Shown one piece after another: positions 49,633-59,392 of a stretch of 64,000 bases of DNA; position 1 is the stretch's first letter, and each line of letters begins with the position of its first letter. This DNA comes from Diplonema japonicum (Eukaryota; Protista; Euglenozoa: Diplonemea), in the NCBI GenBank assembly GCA_964019335.1, contig OZ025758.1, positions 62,001 to 126,000 of the forward strand. The letters run 5' to 3'. The notes under the pieces were generated by a model. The model worked only from the letters and a program-made list of their open reading frames with translations. It had not been told where the DNA came from and did no database searches. The position numbers and the translations under genes are program-made.

Positions 49633-52011
49633 TCACTGCCTTTCATCGTGGTCTTCGTACTTCCTTTTCACACCCCTCCTTTCGGGAGAAGCCACCTTGC
49701 GCCTTGCCAGAAGAAGCGCCCGAATGGACTCAATGTTACTCCCCTCAGCCGCGTAGAACAGTGGGGTGAACCCCTCCCCGTCCCTCACACAAGGGTCCTG
49801 CTCGTAGGAATCCAGTAGCAGCTGCATCGCCTCAGTACAGTTTCCAGCAGCCATGTGCAAAGGAGTAAGCCCCCCATTGTCCCGCACACAAGGGTCCTGC
49901 TTGTATTCATCGATGAGGAACTTCACCACCTTCACGCTCTTACTTGCTGCATAGTGCAACGGTGTCTCGCCATAGTTGTTCATCATGCCAGCATCCAGTT
50001 TGCACTCATCGAGCAGGTACATCATCACCTCCATGCACCCCTCACTTGCTGCTACGTGCATGGTGGCTCTTCCGATGTCTGATTCGATGTAAGGGTCAAG
50101 CTTGCACTCTTTGACAAAGAACTTCACCACATCAACTTTGTTCTCCATTGCCGCCCTGTGCAAGGGTGTCATGCCTGTCCCATCCTTCATCCCAGGGTCA
50201 AGTTTGCAGACTTCAGTGAGATACCTGACCACCTCCAGCTGTCCACCCTCTGCTGCGATGTCCATGGGTGCTATGCCGCCAGTGTTCCTTGAGCCAGGGT
50301 TTTGCTTGTGAACTTCGACAAGGTGCCTCACTGCCTCCAGCTGACCATCTCGTGCTGCATACATAATCGGTGTGAATACCTTGTCCTCGACAGTCAGCTC
50401 CTGTTTGTAAACATTGACGAGACAGTCCATTGCTGCTAGCTCGCCTGTTTGCGCAGCAAAGTGGAGAGGTGTGGTGCCCTTCTGGTCCCTTGCCCCAGGG
50501 TCCAACTTGTACTCGTCGATGAGAAACCTCATTGCCTCCACGTGACCATTAATTGCTGCCACATGAAGGTAGGAGGTTCTTTCATCATCCACAAGGCTTG
50601 GGTCAAGCTTGCACTCTTCGATGAAATACCTCATCACATCAACATGGTTCTTCATTACCGCCAAGTACAAGCCTCTCCTGTTCTTCATCCCACCAGGGTC
50701 AACCTTGCAGACTTCAGTGAGATACCTGACCACATGCAAGTGGTTGTGACACGCAGCAAGGTCTATGGGTGCCATGCCTCTATTGTTTCTTAAATTGGGA
50801 TCTGCCTTTAAGTCACTCACGAGCCACTCCAGTGATTGAAGACTCCCCTCTACCGCTGCGTAGTGGACGAGAGTTGCACCGCAGGGATCCACAATTGTAG
50901 GGTCTTGCTTGCACTCTTCGATGAAATACCTCATCACATCAACGTTGTTCCTCATTGCCGCCCTGTGCAAGGGTGTCGTGCCTGTCCCATCCTTCATCCC
51001 AGGGTCAACCTTGCAGACTTCAGTGAGATACCTGACCACATGCAAGTGGTTGTGACACGCAGCAAGGTCTATGGGTGCCATGCCTCTATTGTTTGGCAAA
51101 TAAGGATCCAACTTAAAGTCACTCACGAGCCACTCCAATGATTGAAGCCTTCCCGCTTCCGCTGCGTAGTGGACGAGAGTTGCACCGCAGGGTTCCACAA
51201 ATGTAGGGTCTTGCTTGCACTCCTCAATGAGGTACTTCATCGCCTCGAACTGACCTTTTGTGAGAAGGACTGCAACAAGGCCATCGGCAGTCGGGGTCGC
51301 AGGGTCTATCTTGCACACCTCAATGAGGTACCTCAAGGCCTCCACGTGACCACCCAGTGCCGCCCTGTGAATGTGAGCATAGCCCTCATCGTCCTCACCG
51401 CTCGGGTCAAGCTTGCACTCTTCGATGAAATACCTCACCACATCAACTTTGTTCTCCATTGCCGCCCTGTGCAAGGGTGTCATGCCTGTCCCATCCTTCA
51501 TCCCAGGGTCAAGTTTGCAGACTTCGCTGAGATACCTGACCACCTCCAGCTGTCCCCCCTCTGCTGCGATGTCCATGGGTGCGAAGCCTCTTGTGGTCCT
51601 TGAGCCAGGGTTTTGCTTGTGAACTTCGACAAGGTGCCTCACTGCCTCCAGCTGACCATCTCGTGCTGCATACATAATCGGTGTGAATACCTTGTCCTCG
51701 ACAGTCAGCTCCTGCTTGTAAACATTGACGAGACAGTCTATTGCCGCAAGCTTGCCTGTTTGCGCAGCAAAGTGGAGAGGTGTGGTGCCATTCGTGTCCC
51801 TTGCCCCAGGGTCCAGCTTGTACTCGTCGATGAGGAGCCTCATGGCGGCGACCTGACCGTGCCTTGCTGCAGTGTGCAAAGCTGTCACGCCACGCGGACC
51901 AGTCACACTTCTGTGCACCCCGTACTTCTGGATGATTGCCTTCATGTGTTGCAGGTCGCCTCTCGCAGCAGCTGACTTCACCTCGCCAAACACTTCATTG
52001 TCCTCAACCAT
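49633..52011 (-). CDS. Ankyrin-repeat protein (792 aa, ~22 repeats) with a basic C-terminal tail
   Basis: Repeated G.TPLH.AA..G....(V/M)RYL.E.CK.DP units of about 34 aa. Intronless. Tail RRKVASPERRGVKRKY is NLS-like. Confidence 0.93.
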   Translation of the reverse strand: MVEDNEVFGEVKSAAARGDLQHMKAIIQKYGVHRSVTGPRGVTALHTAARHGQVAAMRLLIDEYKLDPGARDTNGTTPLHFAAQTGKLAAIDCLVNVYKQELTVEDKVFTPIMYAARDGQLEAVRHLVEVHKQNPGSRTTRGFAPMDIAAEGGQLEVVRYLSEVCKLDPGMKDGTGMTPLHRAAMENKVDVVRYFIEECKLDPSGEDDEGYAHIHRAALGGHVEALRYLIEVCKIDPATPTADGLVAVLLTKGQFEAMKYLIEECKQDPTFVEPCGATLVHYAAEAGRLQSLEWLVSDFKLDPYLPNNRGMAPIDLAACHNHLHVVRYLTEVCKVDPGMKDGTGTTPLHRAAMRNNVDVMRYFIEECKQDPTIVDPCGATLVHYAAVEGSLQSLEWLVSDLKADPNLRNNRGMAPIDLAACHNHLHVVRYLTEVCKVDPGGMKNRRGLYLAVMKNHVDVMRYFIEECKLDPSLVDDERTSYLHVAAINGHVEAMRFLIDEYKLDPGARDQKGTTPLHFAAQTGELAAMDCLVNVYKQELTVEDKVFTPIMYAARDGQLEAVRHLVEVHKQNPGSRNTGGIAPMDIAAEGGQLEVVRYLTEVCKLDPGMKDGTGMTPLHRAAMENKVDVVKFFVKECKLDPYIESDIGRATMHVAASEGCMEVMMYLLDECKLDAGMMNNYGETPLHYAASKSVKVVKFLIDEYKQDPCVRDNGGLTPLHMAAGNCTEAMQLLLDSYEQDPCVRDGEGFTPLFYAAEGSNIESIRALLLARRKVASPERRGVKRKYEDHDERQ

Positions 52012-52067
52012 GTTATTTCTTTTGTCAATAAAGCACAGAATTCTGTTAAAAAGGGAGTCTTTTAGGT

Positions 52068-52348
52068 TGTGTTTGAGTTGTATTGGATAAGCACGTGAGT
52101 AGGAAAAAAGAAAGAAGTGTAGAGATGAAATGAAATGGTTTCAAAAGAGCTTTGGTGTAAAATGAAACAAAATGTTTGAATCTCATTGACATTGGGAGTC
52201 AGAGAGAGTGCATGTTGTTTCAATTTTATCAATCAGGGGAAGGGGGGGGGGGGGGGGTGAGGAAGGAAGTGTCCTGACAACAATTCTGCGACCGCAAAGG
52301 ACAGCACTTGTTCAAAAAAAAGATAAAAATGAACGAGTGTCATAAAAT
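52068..52348. repeat. Direct repeat copy B (~280 bp), upstream of the ankyrin gene
   Basis: Near-identical to 49169-49436. Confidence 0.92.
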
Positions 52349-52599
52349 ATATTCAAGAAAAAAAGAGAAAAAGAGAGGGAGAAAAGAGAAGAATGAAAGA
52401 AAAGATATCAAAACAAACGTCGCGGCAGCTGTAGGTGGGAAGAAAAGAATGTGTTATAAAAAAAACCCCCCCCACAAAACCCTCTGGTGTGTCACAGCAT
52501 TCAGGGATGGAATCCTGAGCAAAGACTGACGGCTTGCTTTGGTTTTTTTTTTCTTTCTTTCTTTCTTTCTTTCTTTTTTTTTTTTTTTAAACCCCCTTT

Positions 52600-53661
52600 T
52601 CAGCCAATCTTCTCACCGCCCCAGTAGTTAGCCTCGGGCTTCAAGCACTGTGCGTACCACCTGCTCTGCTTGTAGCACCCAGCTCCGGGGGTGCAACAGC
52701 TCGGTGTCTTCAAACAGTTTCCCCACAGGGGGACAACGAAGGAACAACTGCCAGGGGACGGGGGAGGGGTGGCAGGAGGAGGAGGCGGTGTGGAAGGGAC
52801 CGGTGTGGGGACAGGGGTAGGGGGCGAGGGTGTCGGGACGGGCGAGGGTGTGGGAACAGGTGTGGGGAGGGGCGTCGGAGGGGCTGTCGGAGGGGTGGGT
52901 GTCAAGTTCGCTGGGGTGCAGTGCGCAAACCACCTGTTCACCTGGTGGCACTTGGCTCCAGGTGCACAGCAGTGTGTTTCGGTGGTGCATGTTGCCCAGA
53001 GAGGGATCACACGAGAGCATGAGGCAGGAGGGGGGACAGGGACAGGGACAGGTGGAACAGGGACAGGTGGGCTGTTACCACCACCACCACCACTACCACT
53101 ACCAAAGTCCAAGTCGATGGCGTTGTAGAAGGTGTTGGCAGTGTCACCCACATCCCAGACAGCGAGGACGACGTGGTAGCCCGCCTTGGAGGGGAGGGTG
53201 CAGGAGTGCGTCGTCAGGATCTGCGGGTTCATCATGTTCCCCATCACGGAGCAGAAGGGGGTCCCTTCGAAGCTGCTCCTCGCAAGCGGTGCCTCCTGGT
53301 CCCATCCGTCCCTCGTGATGTAGTACCGCCAGTCCAGAGTCGCGTGGTTCGCCTGGAACCACCAAGTGAAGTCTGTCCTCCCAGCTGACGCTGCTGTCTT
53401 CGCCCACCTCGTCGAAGACTGCTCGTTCAGAGGGGTCCACCGGGAGCTCCCCGCTGCAGCCAGCGTCCCGTCAGGAGGCCCGCTCACAGGGTACCTGTCC
53501 GGACCCTCCACGCTCTGGGGCTCGTACTGCACCGCACCGCAGTTCTGGTTCTCCCCCCCGGTCCTGCACATGTAGTTCCTCGATGGAGGGACCTTCACGT
53601 ACCCGTGGCCCTCCACACCTGACGCTGCAAGCAGCACGGGGAGCGCAAGGCGTTGTAACAT
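52600..53661 (-). CDS. Secreted AA10 lytic polysaccharide monooxygenase (GbpA/CBP21-like) with Pro/Thr linkers and two CBM1-like modules (353 aa)
   Basis: Signal peptide ends VEG|H, placing His19 (53605-53607) at the mature N-terminus. Motifs HGYV..P.SR, CGAVQYEPQSVEG, ANHAT.DWRYYIT (second His) and GYHVVLAVWDVGDT.N.FYNAID (axial Phe). C-terminal modules PLWATC...C.PG.KCHQVNRWFAHC and PLWGNC...C.PG.GCYKQSRWYAQC. Confidence 0.93.
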   Translation of the reverse strand: MLQRLALPVLLAASGVEGHGYVKVPPSRNYMCRTGGENQNCGAVQYEPQSVEGPDRYPVSGPPDGTLAAAGSSRWTPLNEQSSTRWAKTAASAGRTDFTWWFQANHATLDWRYYITRDGWDQEAPLARSSFEGTPFCSVMGNMMNPQILTTHSCTLPSKAGYHVVLAVWDVGDTANTFYNAIDLDFGSGSGGGGGNSPPVPVPPVPVPVPPPASCSRVIPLWATCTTETHCCAPGAKCHQVNRWFAHCTPANLTPTPPTAPPTPLPTPVPTPSPVPTPSPPTPVPTPVPSTPPPPPATPPPSPGSCSFVVPLWGNCLKTPSCCTPGAGCYKQSRWYAQCLKPEANYWGGEKIG

Positions 53662-53827
53662 AGTAGTTTTGTTTTTTTTTCTTCTTCTTTTTGTGTGTCA
53701 GAAGGACTGAGTGTGAAGAGCTTGAGGGGGGAAGCAATGACCATTCAATAGCAACTGGAATAGGGGGACGGAAGTGGGAGTACTAGAAAAAGAAAAGAAA
53801 AGAAAAGAAAAAACAAAAATAAAAAAT

Positions 53828-54743
53828 AGGGAAAATGGGGTGCAGAAACTCCAAACACACCGGCAGGAGAGATGAAGAGAACCCATAAAAAAAACAACAA
53901 AGGGTCTGGAACACCCTTTTTATTTTTTTTCTTCTTCTTCCGTCCCCCCTTCATCTCCTCTTCCTTTGGGGTTCTGCTTTCCTTTTTTTTGTTTTTGTTT
54001 TATTTCCTTCTTTTTTTTTTCCCTTTCTTCTTTTGCCTCCCACCACTGTTGTCGGGGGGTGAAAAATTGAAAATTCGCATTGGTGGAGAGAGAGGGAAAA
54101 AAAGGGGGGGGGGGCATGGGGTTAATAACAAAGGGTTGAAAGGGCAGAGAGAGGAATATAAGAAGCTTTTTTTGTAATCACAAAGGTTTTTTTTTTCTGG
54201 GGATAAAAAAAAAATTGGAGAGAGAGGGAGAGAGCGAGCTATGTTGCCAAAGAGTTTCCATAAAAAAAAGGGGGCCTTATAGGATGCAGCAAAACTAAAT
54301 TGGCAGCAAAAATTCCCAATTTACATTTTTGGATCTTTTAAAAACAAGGAGAGGGGGGGAGAAAAAGATTTTCGTGAAAGAGAAGGGAGTAGGACAAGAA
54401 AACAAGGAAGACGAGGGCCCTCTTTCTTCATATTTCGTTATCCATTAAAAAAAAAAGAGTCGGCTGATTGCTTGTGCATGGGTAAGCGGACAAAAAAAAA
54501 AAAAAAGAAAAAAACCAAACCATATGTCCGTCGTGGATTCACGAACGGGTGTAAAAAAAAAAATCGGCAATTGCTGTTTAAACAAAACCGGTATAAGATA
54601 GAAGAGACCCATTCCAAAGTACCTTCTGTAGGGGTGGGGAGAGGGAGGGGGTTTGGCAAAGCTCAGGGGAGGGGAAAAAAAGGCAAATGGAGAAAGGCAC
54701 CAATTAATATGAACCTTCTCAAAGAAGGTTCCTTGGTGTGTGT

Positions 54744-54785
<42 letters not shown>

Positions 54786-54865
54786 TTGTTCAAACATGGT
54801 TTCCACAAGGAAAAATAAAAAAGAATTGGATGCGAGAGGAATGGTAAGATCAAGAACTTAAAAAA
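53828..54865. repeat. Diverged paralogous 3' flank of giant gene copy 2 (homologous to ~7917-9240)
   Basis: Same colinear islands as listed for 7917-9240. Confidence 0.85.
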
Positions 54866-54986
54866 TAAAAAAATAAAAAAAAAAGAGAGAAAAAAATATA
54901 TATATTGGAGGGAGAAAGGGGAGAATAGAAGAAAAGGAGATTAATTTTATTCCCCCCTCACTCACCTTTTTTTCGCAATCTCAATC

Positions 54987-57900
54987 TCAATTGACATTGG
55001 CAGCATTGCCATCAGCATCCCTAAGCATGGTGCGGTTGCCGTCGTCCATCTCGAAGTCGTCGAACTGCTTGTTCTTGGAATCCAGCTCCTCGAGGTCCTT
55101 CTTCTCCTTCTGGCTCTTTATGAGGGCGAAGATGAGGAAGGCGATGAGCGCCACCACCACGATCCAGAGAACCAACACAAGGGCAGCAGGGAGGCAGGCC
55201 TCCCCGAGCTTCAATCCCTCGCAGCACTCCTCCCCGTTGCCGGAGGAGGCGCGCTCCGTGATGATCCCAGTGTCCTCGTCAGCCTCTGCTGTGACCTTGA
55301 TGGTGTTCTTCCTGTTCCCGTCCCTGTCGTGCGTCTCGAGGGGTTTGAACTCTGCGCCGTCGAACCAGCAAACGGTGTACTCCTGCTGCGAGAGGGAAGC
55401 CTCGAAGTTGGCGGTGACGTCGACAAGCAGCTCCATCTGCGCAACGGGCTCCACAAGGGAGATGTTGTGCTGCACCGCCACAGCGCACGGTGTCTTGGCC
55501 TCCCCGATCGTCGAGAGCTTCCCGCTGTCAGTCCTCGTGCACTGCGGGGCGGCCGTCTGCTTGCAGTCCTCCGCGGGGTCGCCGGTGGTCGCGTTCACCA
55601 CACGAACCGTGCGGTCCGTCTCGCTGCTCGCGTTGAAGCACCCGTGGATGATCAGGGAGAAGGTCTGCCCCTTCATCGGCTGGTTCGGGTACGCCGTGTA
55701 CCAGTACGGGGCACCGCCGCTGCAGGCCCTCAGGCTGCAGTCCGCGCCCGTCCACCCGCCGTCGCAGACGCACTGGTTCTCCTCCCCGCAGCTCCCGTGG
55801 CCGGAGCAGGTTCCCTCCCTGCTGCAGAGCGTGCAGGTCTCCCTGTCGGACGACTCGTCGAACCCGCACTCGTTGCACTCCTGTCCGCTCCACCCTGGTA
55901 TGCACTTGCAGCAGTCCGTGTTGCTCTCCCCGCACTTCCCGTGGTTCGGGTTCACGATGCACGCCCCGTTCTCCTGGCCCGGTGCCGCCTCCTTTTCGTT
56001 CGGCTCGACCCACTTGCACTTGTTCAGGTTGGACCCCGTCCTTGTTGCTTCTCCCGTGCACGCCTCCTTGTCCGTGCGCACGATGCAGGCCTCGGGGTTC
56101 TTCGACACGCACACCATCTTGTCCTTGTCCTTGTCCCCCTCCGCCGCTGCCACCCACTCGCACCCACCGATCCGCTTGTCCGCGTCGCAGCTGGTCCCCT
56201 CCTTGTGCACGGCGCACCCGAGCTTCACGCACTTGTTCTTCTTCCTGTCCTCCTCCCAACCGCATCCCTCCTGCTGCAAGCAGTCTCCCTCGGTGGTCTT
56301 CGCAGGGCACTCCTCCGCGCACACGGGTTCTCCGCCGGTCCCCATGTCGTCGCCGGTGAACCAGTCGCATCTCTCCGAGGCCGCCGCGCCGAAGCACGAC
56401 GCCGAGCTTCCGCTGTAGCGGGCGCACCCGGTCGCGGGCACGCACTCCAGCGTCGCCTTCTTCCACATGCACGGAACCCCGGCTTGGTTGGCGCCGCGCT
56501 CGCAGCTCACCTCTCCCTGGAAGCGAGGGCAGCCCGTCTTCTCCGTGCAGGTCTGCTCCTTCCACTGGCACAGGGCGTCGTTCTTGCAGTTCGCCTCCGC
56601 CGTCCCCGCCTCCGCGTTGTACGAGGCGCACCCTTCCACGTCCACGCACTTCCCGTCCGTGACGTTCCACATGCAGGCCCCGGCCTCGGGGGCCTCGCAC
56701 CCCTCCTTCTGCGTGTAGTACGCGCAGTTCTTCTCCACGCACACCGCGTTCGACTTGTCCCACACGCACTCCCTGTCCACCGTGCACGGGGCCTCCGTGC
56801 TGTGCACCAGGCACCCGGACCTGTCCTCGCACTGCGAGGTGGCCGTGTTCCACGCGCACTCCTCGTCGGCGTTGCACTCGGGGAGCGACGTGTGCACCAC
56901 GCACCCGTGCCTCTCCTGGCACTGCTCGTCGTTCGCGTCCCACTTGCAGTTCCCGTCCAGGGCGCAGGTCTCCTTCGTCTCCTTCGCGGGGCACCCCACC
57001 TGGGGCTTGCACTCCTCCACCCCGGTCACCCCGGTCACCCAACGGCACCCCTCCGCCGTGTTGCACACCGTCTTCGCCGGGTACGCGCACACCTTCCTCG
57101 CGCACGACGCCCCGTCCCAGCCGCACATGTTCCCGGTGTCCGCCTCGCACGCCGCCTCGCTGCAGTGCCGCAGGCACGGCGTCGCCTCGCACGCCGACGC
57201 CACCCGGCTCCAGGCACACGCGCTGTCCGCCTCGCACCCGCTCGCCGCCATCCACTCCCCGCAGCTGCTCTTGTGCACGGGCTCCCCGTGCTTCGACAGG
57301 AAGTAGCCGAAGGTGCTGTTCTCGTTGCACAGGTTCTCAAACACCTCCTCCAGCTCCGCCATCGTCGTGTCCAGGGTGTGCCCCGCAGACGGGTTCGTCG
57401 CGAACGCCTCCATCTTCCCCCGCTGCGCCTCGTCCTCCGCGCTCGACACGCTGTACTGCCTCACGTGCACCGAGAACACCTGCACGCGCTGCTGCTCCAG
57501 GTGCCCCGACACCGTCACCATGGACGGCGCCTCCGCGTCGGGGATTTCCCCGTCCGCCACCACCACCAGCACGCGCTTCCTGTCCGTCGGCGAGCTCTCG
57601 AACATCTTCGACGCCATCTCCATCGCCTGCGTCAGGAACGAAGCGTCCGTCGCGTGCGAGGTGAACTGCCCCTCGTGCCAGTGCACGTCGGCGTCCACCT
57701 CGGAGAGCACCCCCGACAGCCTCCCCCCTGTCCCGGTCCCCTTCGGGGCCTTCATCGCCTCCCCTTGCGCCGAGAACTGCACCACTCCCACCCGGAAGCC
57801 CGCCGCCAAAACCGGGTCGCTCGCAACCCCCGCAGCCTCCCCGGTCAGCGGCAGCCTCTTCGACATGTCCAGCAGCATCTCCGTCACCGCGAAGAACCCG

Positions 57901-59356
57901 TGCGGGTGCCTCCCGAACCGCTCCCCCATGCTCAAAGACCCGTCCACCGCCACCACCAGGTCCACAGCGGGGCAGTTCGCGTACAGCGACGCGGCGCACC
58001 TCCCCGTCTTCCCGTTCCACAGGCACCCCTGCATCTGCCCGCACGCGCAGGCCTCCGTCTCCTTCCCGCAGAGGGTCACCCCTTCGTCGCACTTCGAGGT
58101 CTTCTTGTCCCACGCGCAACCGTCCGTGTTCTTCTTCGCCTCGCACTCCGCCTCCGCCTTCGGGACCCTGCACTCCTTCACACCGCAGTGCGCGGGAGAG
58201 TGCGCCGTCTTCCACTGGCAGTCTCCACTCTCGTCCGTGTTGCAGTCCTTCTCGTTCGTGTGCGCCACGCACTCGTTCACCACCTTGCACGCCCCTCCCT
58301 CCCACATGCAGTCGAACGAGTGCTTCTCGCAGTCCGCCTGCGCCTTGTACGGCACGCACGGCTTCTCCACGCACTGCTCGATCGCCGCGTCCCACTTGCA
58401 GTCCGGCTTCATCCCGCACGGGGTCTCCGTCTTGTCGTTGCACACCTTCACCTTGCACACGGCTGTCACGTCGTCCCACTCGCAGCCGTGCGGGTCCGCC
58501 ACGCACCCATCCTCGGAGGTCGCGGTGACGCAGGGGTAGACGATGCACGACGGTGTTGCTGTTCCTGTCGCCTCCCAGTAACACTCCGCAGCCTTGCACT
58601 CGTTCTCGGTCGTGTGAGCACACTCCACGGTCCTCCCGCAGCTCCCGTCCTTCCACGCGCAGGCCTTCCCTTGCTCGTCCTCGCTCGACACGCAGATGTC
58701 CATGTTGCAGTGCTTGTGGCACGTGCTCCACTCGCACGACACCTGCTCGTCGTTCCACCTGCACAGCCCGTCCTTCCAGCAGACTGCAGCCTCCCGGAAC
58801 GACCCGCACGGCACGTGTCCGGCACCGGTGTTCAGGGAGTCCCCTTGGTAGGCCAGGATGATCTTCCCGAACTTGCTGTTCGGGTTGCAGAAGTCCTTCA
58901 GCACAGACCCCGAGAAGTCGTCCAGCGGGATGTTCATGTAGTGGTCCTCCCTCGGCTCCGACACGATGGTCGACAGCACCTGCTCCGCGTCGATGTCCGT
59001 CTGCGTGTGCGTCGAGAACCTCCTCAGCACCACCCCGAAGGTCTGCACCCCCTGCCCGTCCAACACCGCGCGCGCGCTCCCCAGCTGCGACGCGTCGTGG
59101 ATCTTCCCGTCCGTCAGGATCAGCAGGATCTTGGCGCGCCCCGGCGCCGCGGCCGACTGGAACATCAGCCCGACGTACTGCAGGGCCTCCGAGATGTAGG
59201 TCTGTTCCATCGCGTAGTTGTCCTCGTGCCAGTCCAGATCCGTTCCGAGCTCAGTGAGGGAGCCCGAGAAACGGCCCCCGGTCCCTGTCCCGGGAGGGGT
59301 CTTCAGGGCGCTGTTCGGGGCGGAGAACTGCACCAGCCCGATCCTCACCCCGGTCG

Positions 59357-59392
<36 letters not shown>

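Noticed and set aside
49169-52348. LTR retrotransposon reading of the direct repeats
   Set aside because: There is no gag, RT or integrase, and no recognisable PBS, PPT or target-site duplication. The enclosed ORF is ankyrin-only.
52600-53661. LPMO as bacterial contamination
   Set aside because: It sits in host-type homopolymer spacers with an A-run leader, is co-oriented with host genes, and carries eukaryote-type C-terminal modules.
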